DNA of 64,000 bases from assembly GCA_028023455.1 (NCBI GenBank), contig JAQFVV010000004.1:18538001-18602000 (forward strand), given 5' to 3'. The notes under the pieces were generated by a model that saw only the letters and a list, made by a program, of their open reading frames with translations, did not search any database and was not told the DNA's origin. This stretch comes from Epiperipatus broadwayi. Taxonomy: Eukaryota > Animalia > Onychophora. A program made the position numbers and the translations under genes. Below, piece after piece: positions 52,941-64,000 of the stretch. Numbering within the stretch: position 1 is the stretch's first letter; every line of letters begins with the position of its first letter.

Positions 52941-53819
52941 TTACATGCTGACATTGCGCTTAATAAGAATTAATATTTATAAATTTATATATGTAACTAC
53001 TTAGGTATTCGAGTCCTCATTAATTAGATTAATAGTATTATTAACATTCAATAATCCATTCCCATTTCAATAACTCTGTTTGGTGTTGTTTCTCATGCGC
53101 ATCATGGATGGTTGCTTTATATTATAACTAATGCTCTTCTTGATATCAGGCTGTCGGCACTTTACTAATCTTGTCTTTAGTAAAATATTATTATAACTGG
53201 GGCGCTCTTCTCCCAAATGAAGGGTTATTAAATAATTAATTTAATTGTTCTCCCTGTAGATCTATTGTCTCTCCGCTGTGTCTCCAGGATGAATGAATTA
53301 AATTCATCTGTATCACCAGAGAGGTTGTTCATAGTGTTATAGATTTGGAGCATGGGCAGATAGGTTAGAATTCATGATTGCCCCTGACCTGTGTATCTTG
53401 GGCACGATTGGTTTAAGGTACTTTTGCTCAGATTCTGAGTCTTGTTAAATGAGTATACAAATCTGACCAATACAATGTGAAAATTTTTTTCTTAATGATG
53501 TTTACATTAAGTATAATATTAATAATTTTTAAATAAATGTAAATGATCGTGCACAGTTTAGAATGGTGATAAGAATAGCAGAAAATTTCTGAATTCATTT
53601 TTAGCTGAAGTAAAAAAAACAACAACACACAGACATTTTTATTTCTATTAGTGAAATGGAACTGTTGTGTTCAACTTATCACAAAATAATTGAGTGTCGT
53701 TTGACCTTCTGAATGCTTGATCATTTAATTATATATATATTTATACACATAAATAATTAATAGTTCATTGACTTAAAATTTATTAAGAATAATATTAATC
53801 CAAATGAATGTTTCATTAG

Positions 53820-54066
53820 GTTATCATTACTATAAGCCAGCTAAGGATAGGCAGCATCCTCATCACTTGGAATTGGTTTTCAGTCTACCACCTAACTCTG
53901 TCACACATTTGAGTATCCAGTTTGAGCATGTTTACCTAAAATGGACTGAATATCCTCCTGATCCCAATCATGGCTTTTACATCAGTTCTGCTGTCATTAC
54001 TACTTCTTTAGATGATCCTAGAAATTATACTTCATTGCCTCAGGCTTTGTCCACTATTAGAGAGAG
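53820..54066 (+). CDS. PIGT: PIGT exon: [29 protein letters not shown]...[21 protein letters not shown]...
   Basis: attag acceptor, gtactg donor at 54067; 247 nt. Contains the LKWTEYxPDPNHGF motif. Confidence 0.95.
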
Positions 54067-56695
54067 GTACTGTGATATATATATATATATATTGTTATTA
54101 AATATTACTACAATCATTTAAAAACATTTTGAAACTTATATTATTTTCCATTTATTTTGCGAAATTAAAACATACAAAATAAAATTTTTATATTCTTTAA
54201 ATATTTTATTATTGCCATGTTTATATTCCATGAAATTATGTAATTTGAAATTGGTAATTAACATTATTATATTTAATCTCCTTAGTCCTTCCTCCAATTT
54301 CTTACACTTTTAAAATGAACATAAAAAAAATTATTAGATTATACGATATATAAATCAGTGCTGCAGAAAATTCTTTTTGGAACAATAATGGTGGTAGTGA
54401 TAGATTGTTAGCAGTTGAAATGGATTTTGGAAGAAATTAGCAAGAAAATCGAGAATATGCAGAAAAATCATACAGATTAGATTACACAAAAGAGACTCAA
54501 GTGGTATGCTCTTCATAAATGATACAAAGATATGGTAATGCTTAAACTGCCTTTTAAAATTGCCTACAGCAGGACAAAAGCCTCTACCATGTTCATAAAA
54601 AAATATTGAAGAATGCATTGTTCAAGAGGCTTGCAATGGCGGGGTTTTTAGTTAGAAGTTGGTTATCTGAAAGACAAATTGTAAGCCTGGTTAGAATCTG
54701 AAAAAATATTAAGTTTAGCTGGTCTGGATTTGATCTTAGATCAGATATGCTAATGTTAAACAGCATATAATAGAGAAATGTTTGAAGGAATGTTATTTAT
54801 TTAATGTTTTATGCAAAATGTTCTGAAAAGATTAATTATTTTTACAATCATAATTTATTTGAAAAAGTTACATTTTGTCACATTGTAGTACATTCTGCCT
54901 TGGAATCTTTCTTTAATTGTACTTTACTTTCTTTGGTGGCAATATAGTTGTATTAAGGTTGCTTCTTGAAATGTTTAGATTATGTGATTTTTCAGACTTG
55001 ATTAACCATAGGGATCACAGGTGAATTATAAATTTAATAGAAATTGTATTCTAATATGTCAAAGCTGTTAGTAGTTGATTTTAACCAGCATTTTTTACAA
55101 GTAAATCTTTTCTTAAATATTTCATATTGTCAATTTGTTTGGTTATCTGCTGTAGCAGATAAAAGAAAATAAGTTTAAATTAAAAGTGTAAAAATGTGAA
55201 TTTTTCTTCTTCCTAAGTAACGAAATGTAAATAAAGAAAGAGAGAAAGGACAAACTATTTTGTTCTCTTCTTATTTATAAAAAAATGATAAAATGTACTA
55301 AAATGTGTATCCACAATATGTTTTGGACTGAGTAAAGGGGGTGTTTTTTAAAAAATATATTGTAATGTTGCAAATGTCATATATCCTCTAGCTAGCTGAT
55401 GACATATATGTTGTTGAAAAATCATGTTGTTTGAACATGGATTTGGTGTAAATAGGTCGGAAACAAGCAATTAGGCATAATTTTTATTACTATCATTCTA
55501 ATTCTATGCGTTCAGCAGTTCATTTCATATTGCTTTGCATTAGAGTGCAGTCTACTATTGAAGCTGAGTTGCTGTGATTCATACGGAATAGAGAAATAAT
55601 CGCTGCATTAAAACTTTTTCCACTGTACGCTGAATTTTACTGACTTCCTTAAAGTATTTTTCACTATTCCAGTTACAACAGTCAGTATGATAAATTTATT
55701 TAGAAGAAATCCATCTATCATTTGTAGCCAGATAACCAAAAACCACCAGTCAAAACAATCTGGAAAATGCAGTCGGATCCAAAAATTTGAAGTTTGAAAA
55801 ACCAGCTTGTGCAGTGCCTCTATAATGCCGTAAAGGAAGAAATGGATATTGCTGTATAAATTACTCAAGACCTACAGATAGTATACCTCATAGAATGTCA
55901 CTGGTGCTGCTGTATTTACTCTTTAACATCACCAGTGTTCAAGGAGATCATCATTGTAAAAACTAAGGAAGACAACAATAAAATATTAAAAGAACAGCAT
56001 CTGAAAAAACCATCTTGAGCAACTGTTTCCATAAGTACTATACGGCCTTAAACTTGAATCATAGCTTAAACTTAAAATATCTTGTTTCTATAATGTTTTT
56101 GTGTATGTGTTGATAGTTGTGACTATATTCCCAACCGTTTTATTTATTCATTATTAATAAATTGTTAATTTTTTTTTTTTTATTAATCCATTTAGTTTGT
56201 TTTTGTAACTTAATCCAAATATGTTTTTTACACTCTTATGCTAGTTGAAATCTACAGTCCTGAGATCATATAATTCACTGGAGAATGGTGACAATATCTG
56301 ATGATGATCATTCGTTTTAAAAAAAAGTTTCTAAAAATAAACTTCTTTTTAGGTTTTATGCCTTGGAGTTTCTTCCTACTGAAATTGAAAAACAAATAAA
56401 ATACTTTTAGGAGTATTTGTATTTTTAAATTATGTCATCATCATCACATTTGTTAATATTATTATACATTTGAATGAAAATTTTTACTTGAATTTTATTA
56501 AGCATTCAGCTTATTATTTAGTACACCTTTTGAAGATCTTATTATAAATCTGTGATATTATATATTCTAGGTTCAAAACCATCTATTTTTATATACTGGA
56601 TTTTTTTTCCATTATTACCATATACAGTATAATTCTTTTTAATTAATTATATGCAGTACTTTTTAGAATTAATACAAGTATTTATATTTATATAG

Positions 56696-56857
56696 CTTCA
56701 GCCATACAGAAAATACTTTTTTTTTACGACTGCATACAGAAGTTTTACTAGTCAATTTACCAACTCCGGATTTTAGTATGCCATATAATGTAATCTGCTT
56801 AGCTTGTACAGTTGTGGCTTTAGCATTTGGACCTCTTCACAACTTAACTACCAAAAG
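56696..56857 (+). CDS. PIGT: PIGT exon with the TM helix: [53 protein letters not shown]
   Basis: tatag acceptor, gtaagt donor at 56858; 162 nt. [13 protein letters not shown] motif followed by a hydrophobic segment. No stop codon, so at least one more exon follows. Confidence 0.95.
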
Positions 56858-57527
56858 GTAAGTTGTGTTTCCATGTATATAAGATTTTTTTTTTTATCCA
56901 TATAAAATAAAATAGTATAGCTTTCAATTAATTTTTATAAAAACAAAACAATTTTTCAAGTACTTATTATCAATTTTCTATGCCTTCATACCATTTTTTT
57001 TTACCTGTTAATCCCCCCCCCCCATCTCTTTTTATTTAAGAGCATAGTTTCTTCTAACATATTTTCATAATTTCACTTCTTTTCCAATCCATTTTTTCCT
57101 CTTATAATTTTATATATTTGTTTTTTTTTAGTTAATTTTTTAATACAGTAATGCCTCAGAATAATGATATGATTGACCCCCCCCCCCATCTACTGTTAAA
57201 TGAATGATGTGTCCCCGTCCCCCCCATTAAGTATATATGAAGCATTAAACTCGCAAGTTATTATTATTATACAGTAAAAACAAATTGGCCAAAATGTTGA
57301 CTAAAGAAAAGATTTATTATATGTATTTATTTTTATTAAATGTAACCGAAAAAGCATGTTCACTTTTGTTTAATAAAAATAAATAAACCTTTTCTTTAGT
57401 CAACATTCAAAACGTTTAGGCCAATTTATTATGATTATACATAATGGGCTAAAAATTACTTTAACGCACTATAGTTATAATTCATTATTTTTATTTCATT
57501 TATTACTGTATTTTATTATCACAATTA

Positions 57528-57681
57528 ATTAAGCATTTATAAATAAACCAACAAAAAAATAATAATAAAATGAAATCTGTTCTATAACTTTTTGCAAATC
57601 AGATTAAGCATTTATAAATAAACCAACAAAAAAATAATAATAAAATGAAATCTGTTCTATAACTTTTTGCAAATCAGATTA
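57528..57681. repeat. Exact 75-bp tandem duplication
   Basis: attaagcatttataaataaacc...gcaaatcagatta at 57528 and 57603. Confidence 0.95.
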
Positions 57682-59045
57682 TATAGAGATGTAATGCCCA
57701 AGAGACAAAGATTCTACTAAATATTAAATAAATTCAAATTTGTAAAAGATTTAAAATAAGTTAAATGAAAATACATTTAGTTCCTCAACTCTAATCTATC
57801 TAATACAATCTTAAAATAGATATGAAATAATAAAGAATATTAACTTTTATGGACTTGATGAAAATTTAAAAGGTATTAATGATTTAATTATTAATTAGAA
57901 AAAAATGTGTTTAAAAGGATAATGTTTAAATTACATCTTAATCGAAGTTTATTTATTTATATATAACTTTTTACACGATTGTAATTATTACTCTTTGATC
58001 AAGTAAATTAAATAAAATTCAAGACTTATATTTTAGTAAATAATAAGAATAATTTATTTACATCAGATAATAATAAATAATAAATGAAATTAATGAGATG
58101 TCAAGGAATAAACTCAATTATATAAATGTTAATTAATTTTCATAACCAAAGAAAAATCTATATTTACATTTATTTATCAAGTACATGAAATTTATAAGAA
58201 TTCACATCTTATTACAATTTAGAATTATCAAGCAATACTAAAAAAAAAGTCTAAATAAGTTATTTAAATGAAATTAAATTATTGGTTAATTACAGTTTTG
58301 AATAATCAATATGATTTTCCTCTAATTGTGTGTATATCTGAACATTTATTCTTCAACAAGCACATATGCATTAAATATCTCTCCAAAATAAACATATAGT
58401 AAAATAAAGTGAGGCTGAACAATTGTAAAGATGACGAGTTATTCAATATCCATAGTTTAGATGCATTTTAAAGTCCATAATTCATTAGACTATCCAATAT
58501 TTATGCAAGAATAATGATCCAAACATATTGCTTAAAATTCATTCACATTAGATCACTAATATTTTATCCAAGAGTATTTAGTATCTTAATCCATTTTTAG
58601 AGTTATCACAACACACTATTCTGTAGCATAGGTCTCCTTAGCAACTTATATAAAATATTACAAACCACTAAATATTAATCTCCAAAGGATTATCTGATTT
58701 TATTGTCATAATCATCTTGAGAGTAATGGTTATTCGATCCATTAAGATAATTTAATCCTCAGGAATTGGAATATATGTAAGCACTACACAAATTTATTAA
58801 AGGTCTTGATAACATAAAAAAAAAAAGACTAATATGTATATCATTGAGATATAGTAATAGGAACATATGAAGTATATAAATTTTGACTTAATACAATATA
58901 TAACTGTCCAGTTTTTTAAGCATTGATATTATATCTTAATTTAATTAATAATATTAGTGCACTTTTTTCCATAAGCTTTTGTATTGCACTTCAAATACAT
59001 ACATATATTATCAAATTTACCACTTCGTTTATTTTGCTATATCTT

Positions 59046-59704
59046 ATATAAATGCAATTTATTCACTGTAATTTAAACACTTTTTAGCAAAAACCTTTTA
59101 TTTTATATATATATGCATACACAATCTTACGTTTCAACTGGCCTACAGTCTTCTTCAGAGTTATGATGTAATGAACAAAATAAAATAAAATACATAACTA
59201 TGTAAATAATACCATAAAAAATGTAAACAATAAAAAAAAACATAAAATATAATTAAAATAAATATAATCAAACCCAAATAAATTATACAATATAAAATAA
59301 ATTACACATGTGTATTCCTGACTATATATATGCATACTTATGAACAACTATTAATTTAAATATATTATTCATTTTTAATAATATATTTAAATTAATAGTT
59401 GTCCATGAGTATGTATATATTCAGTCAGGAATACACATGTATAATTTATATTGTATATTTTATTTATATTAACTGGATTATTTTATTTGGGTTTGATTAT
59501 ATTTATTTCAGTTTTATTATGTTATGTTACATTTTATGTTTTTTTTTATTGTTTACATTTTTTTATGATATTATTTATATAGTTAAGTACTGTATTTTAT
59601 TTTATTTTGTTCATTATATCATAGCTCTGAAAAAGACTGTAGGACAGTCAAAATGTAAGATTTTGCTAAGTGTTTAAAGTATAGTGAATAAATTGTATTT
59701 ATAC
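59046..59704. repeat. Long inverted repeat (59046-59369 / 59377-59704, 7-nt loop) with a hammerhead-like motif in each arm; Penelope pLTR-like
   Basis: Centre aactattaatttaaatatattatt-cattttt-aataatatatttaaattaatagtt; arms align with substitutions and indels. Confidence 0.9.
59118..59166 (-). ncRNA. Candidate minimal hammerhead ribozyme
   Basis: Minus strand: cataact-CTGAAGA-a-gactg-taggc-cagtt-GAAAC-GTA-agattgtg. Core intact; stem I needs a bulge. Confidence 0.45.
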
Positions 59705-60970
59705 ATGTATATATATTTACTTAAATTCAAATGTGTGTTTTGAAATTTCCGATGACAGCAAAATAAATTTTCCATAGTACATCATTAATTGCATTTTTAC
59801 TTCAATTTACCTTTTAGCTTGCCCTTGGAAGTAGATGTTAGCTTTTCTTTTTAGCCAATCATGTTGTATTCTTTTAATAGAGATCATCCGGATTATGTAC
59901 CTTTTCTTTTTTATATAAGAGCAATGTTTATTAAAATACTACTTTTTCCAAAATAAGCAATATTTATGTGAAAAGAACACACTTCAAAAGAAAAAAGAAT
60001 AAAAGCAAAAGATTTTTTCTTAATGACATGGACTGTTGTATATGTTGTTTCTTAATGACGTAATATCCTTTGCTGTTGTTTTGCACTATGCTTGAGGTAT
60101 TTGTCTTATAAAATTTATCAAGCAATCATTATTATAAACAAACTAATTTTAAATGTCAATTATAGTACATATATACAAATAGATTCATATACATATAAAT
60201 ATAACTCTTTTTTTTTAATATCTCTACTGAAATATATATTTGTAAAGGAAAGTAATATTGTGTTAGCAAAGTTTTTTTCTTTTTTTTTTAGAAATGGAAA
60301 ATAAATCAAGAATATAATATGATGTTAGGCAAAATATCATTTTTAATCACTATTGATATGAAACACATTTCCTTTAAAATCAAACAACTCTTGAAAAGAA
60401 TATGTCAAAATAGGATTATATATGATTCTTTTAAGACAATAAAAAATCATACTAAAGTTTTATCTTCTATATTTATATTTACAACTATTTTAAAATATAT
60501 TATGTAGTGAGATAAAATTATCTAAGACATCGACTAATGATATCTAATGATTAAAAATCATATATGCAAAAAAAAATTTTATAGTATGTGGTTGGAGTGT
60601 ATATCTCTATGGCACAATATGTATAAAGCTTTATTGCTATGATTTATTAAAGCATGTCTTCATTGAAATTTACAGAATGTTAGCTGCTTGCAATTAGCAA
60701 TTTTTAAATAAATCATATTTCTGTTATTTAAATATAAAAGAGAAATATTTTAACATACTTTTTTGCTAAAGAATTGTAAACAAAAAATACTCTTATTTTA
60801 TAAGCTAAAACAATAATAATCATTAATATACAACTAAATCTAATTAAAGTCTAATAAAAAAATATTTTTAAACATTTATTCCTATTTCTGAGGAAAGTAA
60901 TCTTTTTTATAAAAAGAAAATCATGGAATATAAAACAGTGTTTCTCAAAATTTTTTATATCAGTTTAATT

Positions 60971-61072
60971 AATATTTACTGAGGCTATAACCTCGATAAT
61001 ATGCGTATAAAATGCGATAGTAGGGACCTCTACAGGTGTTTTAACCACAAGCTTATAGCCTCAGTAAATATT
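60971..61072. mobile_element. 102-bp mini-MITE / hairpin with perfect 20-bp inverted ends
   Basis: aatatttactgaggctataa ... ttatagcctcagtaaatatt with a 62-bp spacer. Confidence 0.7.
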
Positions 61073-61899
61073 ACTTACGTAATCAATGTGCGTTTAATAA
61101 ATTTATAATATCACTTTAATGAAAAACCAAAATAGTTTTATTGCCCTTCAATAATACATACTTTAGGTAAATTGAACTTTATAAAAGTATATATATTGTA
61201 ACGTTTTTCGTATTACTAGGCCCTTATACGCCTCAAATTTATATTTGAGCGTGAGTTGATCAAACTGAATCAAAAAGAAAAAAGAAAGTCGTATTTCTAT
61301 TCTAAAAACACAGCTATTTTTCCTGATCAACTTCAGCCTATTAATTGTTACGAATTGTGCTATTGACAAAATCAACTTTTAATTTTATTTACTATGGGCG
61401 CCAGAATTCCTAAGAATCCGCTGAAATATGTCGCCAGCACCTCTCGCAAGTTGTAAAACAAAACAAATAACAAGATTTTTATTATATATATTTTTTTTAA
61501 GGGGCGGTAATTCTACCGTAATGAGAATTAATGATTTTTACGATTATTAGTCCTGGGAGTATTGAAACATATTGGCAAAGGTAACTTAAACGTTTAAATC
61601 TTATTACACTAAAAATAAATTTAATAATAAAAAAATAATAATTACTATTAATAACGCACAAATGAAAATTGGTATTAGAAATATTTTTATTCTAATAGAC
61701 TAAAAAAATGTTTGAAATAAATTATTTATCAAATAAATTGGAGAGGATACACTTAATTCTGACGTGAAACATTAATAATAAAAAAATAACTGCTGAAGAA
61801 TTAATTACAAAGTTCTTGGTGAAATAAGAGTCTCTCATATAGAAAAATTAAAGTCACTATCGGGATTCTTTTATACGTATATTTTTACGAGTAGTTTTA

Positions 61900-62604
61900 A
61901 ATAGTTAACTTTGTCACAATCAGGATAATTATTCTTACCGGTAAGTTTCATGAATTCAGTAGTAGATAACTATGCATAGTTTTTTGTTGGTTATAATGAG
62001 CTCGGCCTTTTGGTTATTGCTTGATCTTGTGGTCCATTTCCCCAGTCGGTCATGAAGGCTTTTCCTGGTGTACATCCTTAGGTCCGATGTCTTCAGGAGC
62101 TCCGGTTCACTGCGACATGCCGAATTCCTTCAGCGAAGAGCGATCTTGGACATATCAATGTTATCCAAGACCAACTAGAGAAACAAAACGAACAAGATGT
62201 CCTTCAAACTGATCTCTGCCTTTTATACTCTCTAGAGGCCCAGTTTTCCGACTTCTGCGCATATCTTTTGTTTGTCCAAATATCCGTTGATAATCTTATA
62301 TATTCTTTATAAAATTTATGTTACAAAAGTCTCTATTTTTTTCAGCATAATTCTGCCATCTTTAATTAGTTGAAATATTTTTACTTTCTCTTATCTAGAT
62401 TGGTAATTTTGTGTCTTTTGTTCTCTCCAATTCTAACTTTTATTTCTAATTACATAAAAAAAACCGAAAGAATAATTTAACTTTCATTGTACGTTATTTT
62501 TTTTTTAAAAAAAAATTAGTCAAAAAAAAAATCTAAATCTACTTTTATTTTTTTAGCTTCTACCAAATGCCAATATATTTGCAACGTATATAAATAAACG
62601 TTAC
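61900..62604 (-). mobile_element. Possible solo-LTR-like sequence
   Basis: The minus strand starts TGTAACG and has gagtataaaaggcag (TATA-like) near 62225, followed by a GC-richer tract. Left end undefined. Confidence 0.3.
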
Positions 62605-63089
62605 AATATATATATATTGTATTTGTTTATATTTTGTACAGTGTGGATATGTTTTAACTTATTAAATGCATATAATTAATAAACGTACTTAAAAATGTGA
62701 TTTTGTTCCCATTCAACAATTAAATCAATGTTTTATTAAAAAGTTATTTTGTGATTCTATCAAATTTCTTTATAGGCCAGTATTTAATGAATTGCTGAAA
62801 AAGAAATTAAGGTATCAAGTTTTATACTTTCTTTAAACTAAACAGTCTAAATTTCATAATATAATGTGCTTAAAAAAATACTTCTAATTTAACATTTAAC
62901 TACAAATTTTCAACAAATGAAAATGGTAATCTTAACTGAGATCATATGGACAATGATAGACAATCATTTTATGCTAATAAATCGCCATCTTAGTGGCAGT
63001 AAATTTAAGACCAAATTTAAAAAAATAATAATAATAATAATAAAAATGTTAAGACTGTTTAAAACTAAAAGAATTTAAGTAAATGTTTG

Positions 63090-63912
63090 GGTAAAGATTT
63101 ACTTTAGCGACCAGAGCATATTCGCCATCTAGTTTTTAAAATTAGAACTAAAATATTCTAAAATCTTACATATCTGCTCCTATATTACAATTACAGTAAT
63201 ATTTATTAATTAAAACGTAAAAGATAATATAAAAAAAAGCATTTACCTTTTTAAGCATAATTATGCCCTATGCAAAAAAAGAAAAAGGCGGCAGTGCTAT
63301 ATCTACTGCGGAAGGCAAATTCTTGGAGGTACGATGAAAATAAAGCTCTGCTGGTACCAGATTGGAATTTCAGCTTACGCTTCACTCTCATCCACATATT
63401 CTCAATATTCTGGGTGTGTATGTCTTGGTCTTCGGGATTCATGAAGTTGTCCTGGTGGATGACAACCGAATGCATATATACCCCATTGCTGAGTCTGCTG
63501 ATATTATTGTATGCAACCCAGCCATCTGAAATTATGTGAGTACCTGATAAAATGTACCGCTGGATTCATCCATTCTGCCGAGAACCATCGGATTTGTGTC
63601 TAAATATTTGGCACATTTTTCACGACAAAATGCCGATGTTTTTTTTAGTTTAAATTGTTAAGTTATAAATGTAGATAGTTTAAATTCTTAAGTTTCAAAT
63701 AATTTAAACTAATTATTTTAATTAATTTACTGTAATTATTTCAATTTAAAATGGTAAATATTTTTTTTATCTTTTACATTTTAATAAATTTTAATATAAT
63801 TGTAATATAGTAGCATATACGTAATATTTACGTATAATTATTTACTTCTAATTTTGAAAACTAGAGGGTGAACATGATTTTTATGTTGTGGTCGCTAAAG
63901 TAAACCTTTACC
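63090..63912 (-). mobile_element. Merlin (IS1595/ISXO2-like) internally deleted transposon, 823 bp, retaining the transposase C-terminus
   Basis: About 65-bp imperfect TIRs starting GGTAAAG; flanks aatgtttg / aatgttgg (7/8 TSD). Minus-strand peptide IISDGWVAY..H..HQDNFMNPEDQDIHTQNIENMW...YLQEFAFR at 63590-63251. Confidence 0.9.
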
Positions 63913-64000
63913 AATGTTGGATCTTAATTATTAACTTTAAAAAACCAACAAATGTCTAAATGAAAAAAAAAACATAAATTGAATACTGCATTTGAAAGTT

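Noticed and set aside
54355-55900. Coding-like stretches at 54360-54760 and 55600-55900
   Set aside because: Stops in all frames and no identifiable motif; probably old TE debris.
59820-59960. Candidate terminal PIGT exons after AG sites at about 59818, 59854 and 59880
   Set aside because: The peptides (SLPLEVDVSFSF*, SQSCCILL.., RDHPDYVPF..) show no resemblance to PIGT tails; such sites are expected by chance.
63251-63590. Bacterial IS contamination or recent horizontal transfer
   Set aside because: It is embedded between eukaryotic Merlin-type TIRs and a TSD in host-like AT-rich DNA.

Overview
AT-rich, intron-rich animal genomic DNA (probably an arthropod; inference only). The window is spanned by one + strand gene, PIGT/GPI16 (GPI transamidase subunit T). 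Nine GT-AG exons (5674-56857, 1453 nt, about 484 codons) splice into one uninterrupted frame; I could not locate the first or last exon. The introns hold many mobile elements and repeats: a nearly complete RTE-clade LINE, other LINE fragments, a decayed hAT transposase, Merlin (IS1595-like) elements, nested MITEs, a tRNA-like SINE pair and Penelope-like fold-backs. The most unusual content is four separate repeat loci carrying minimal type I hammerhead-ribozyme motifs. Two are tandem arrays with one motif per unit (39413-40518 and 8825-9922; retrozyme-like). Two are head-to-head inverted repeats (3220-4390 and 59046-59704). A 'tandem repeat plus fold-back' architecture also recurs at four other loci. 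Most short ORFs in the supplied track look spurious. Some duplications and one indel-rich stretch may be assembly artefacts.
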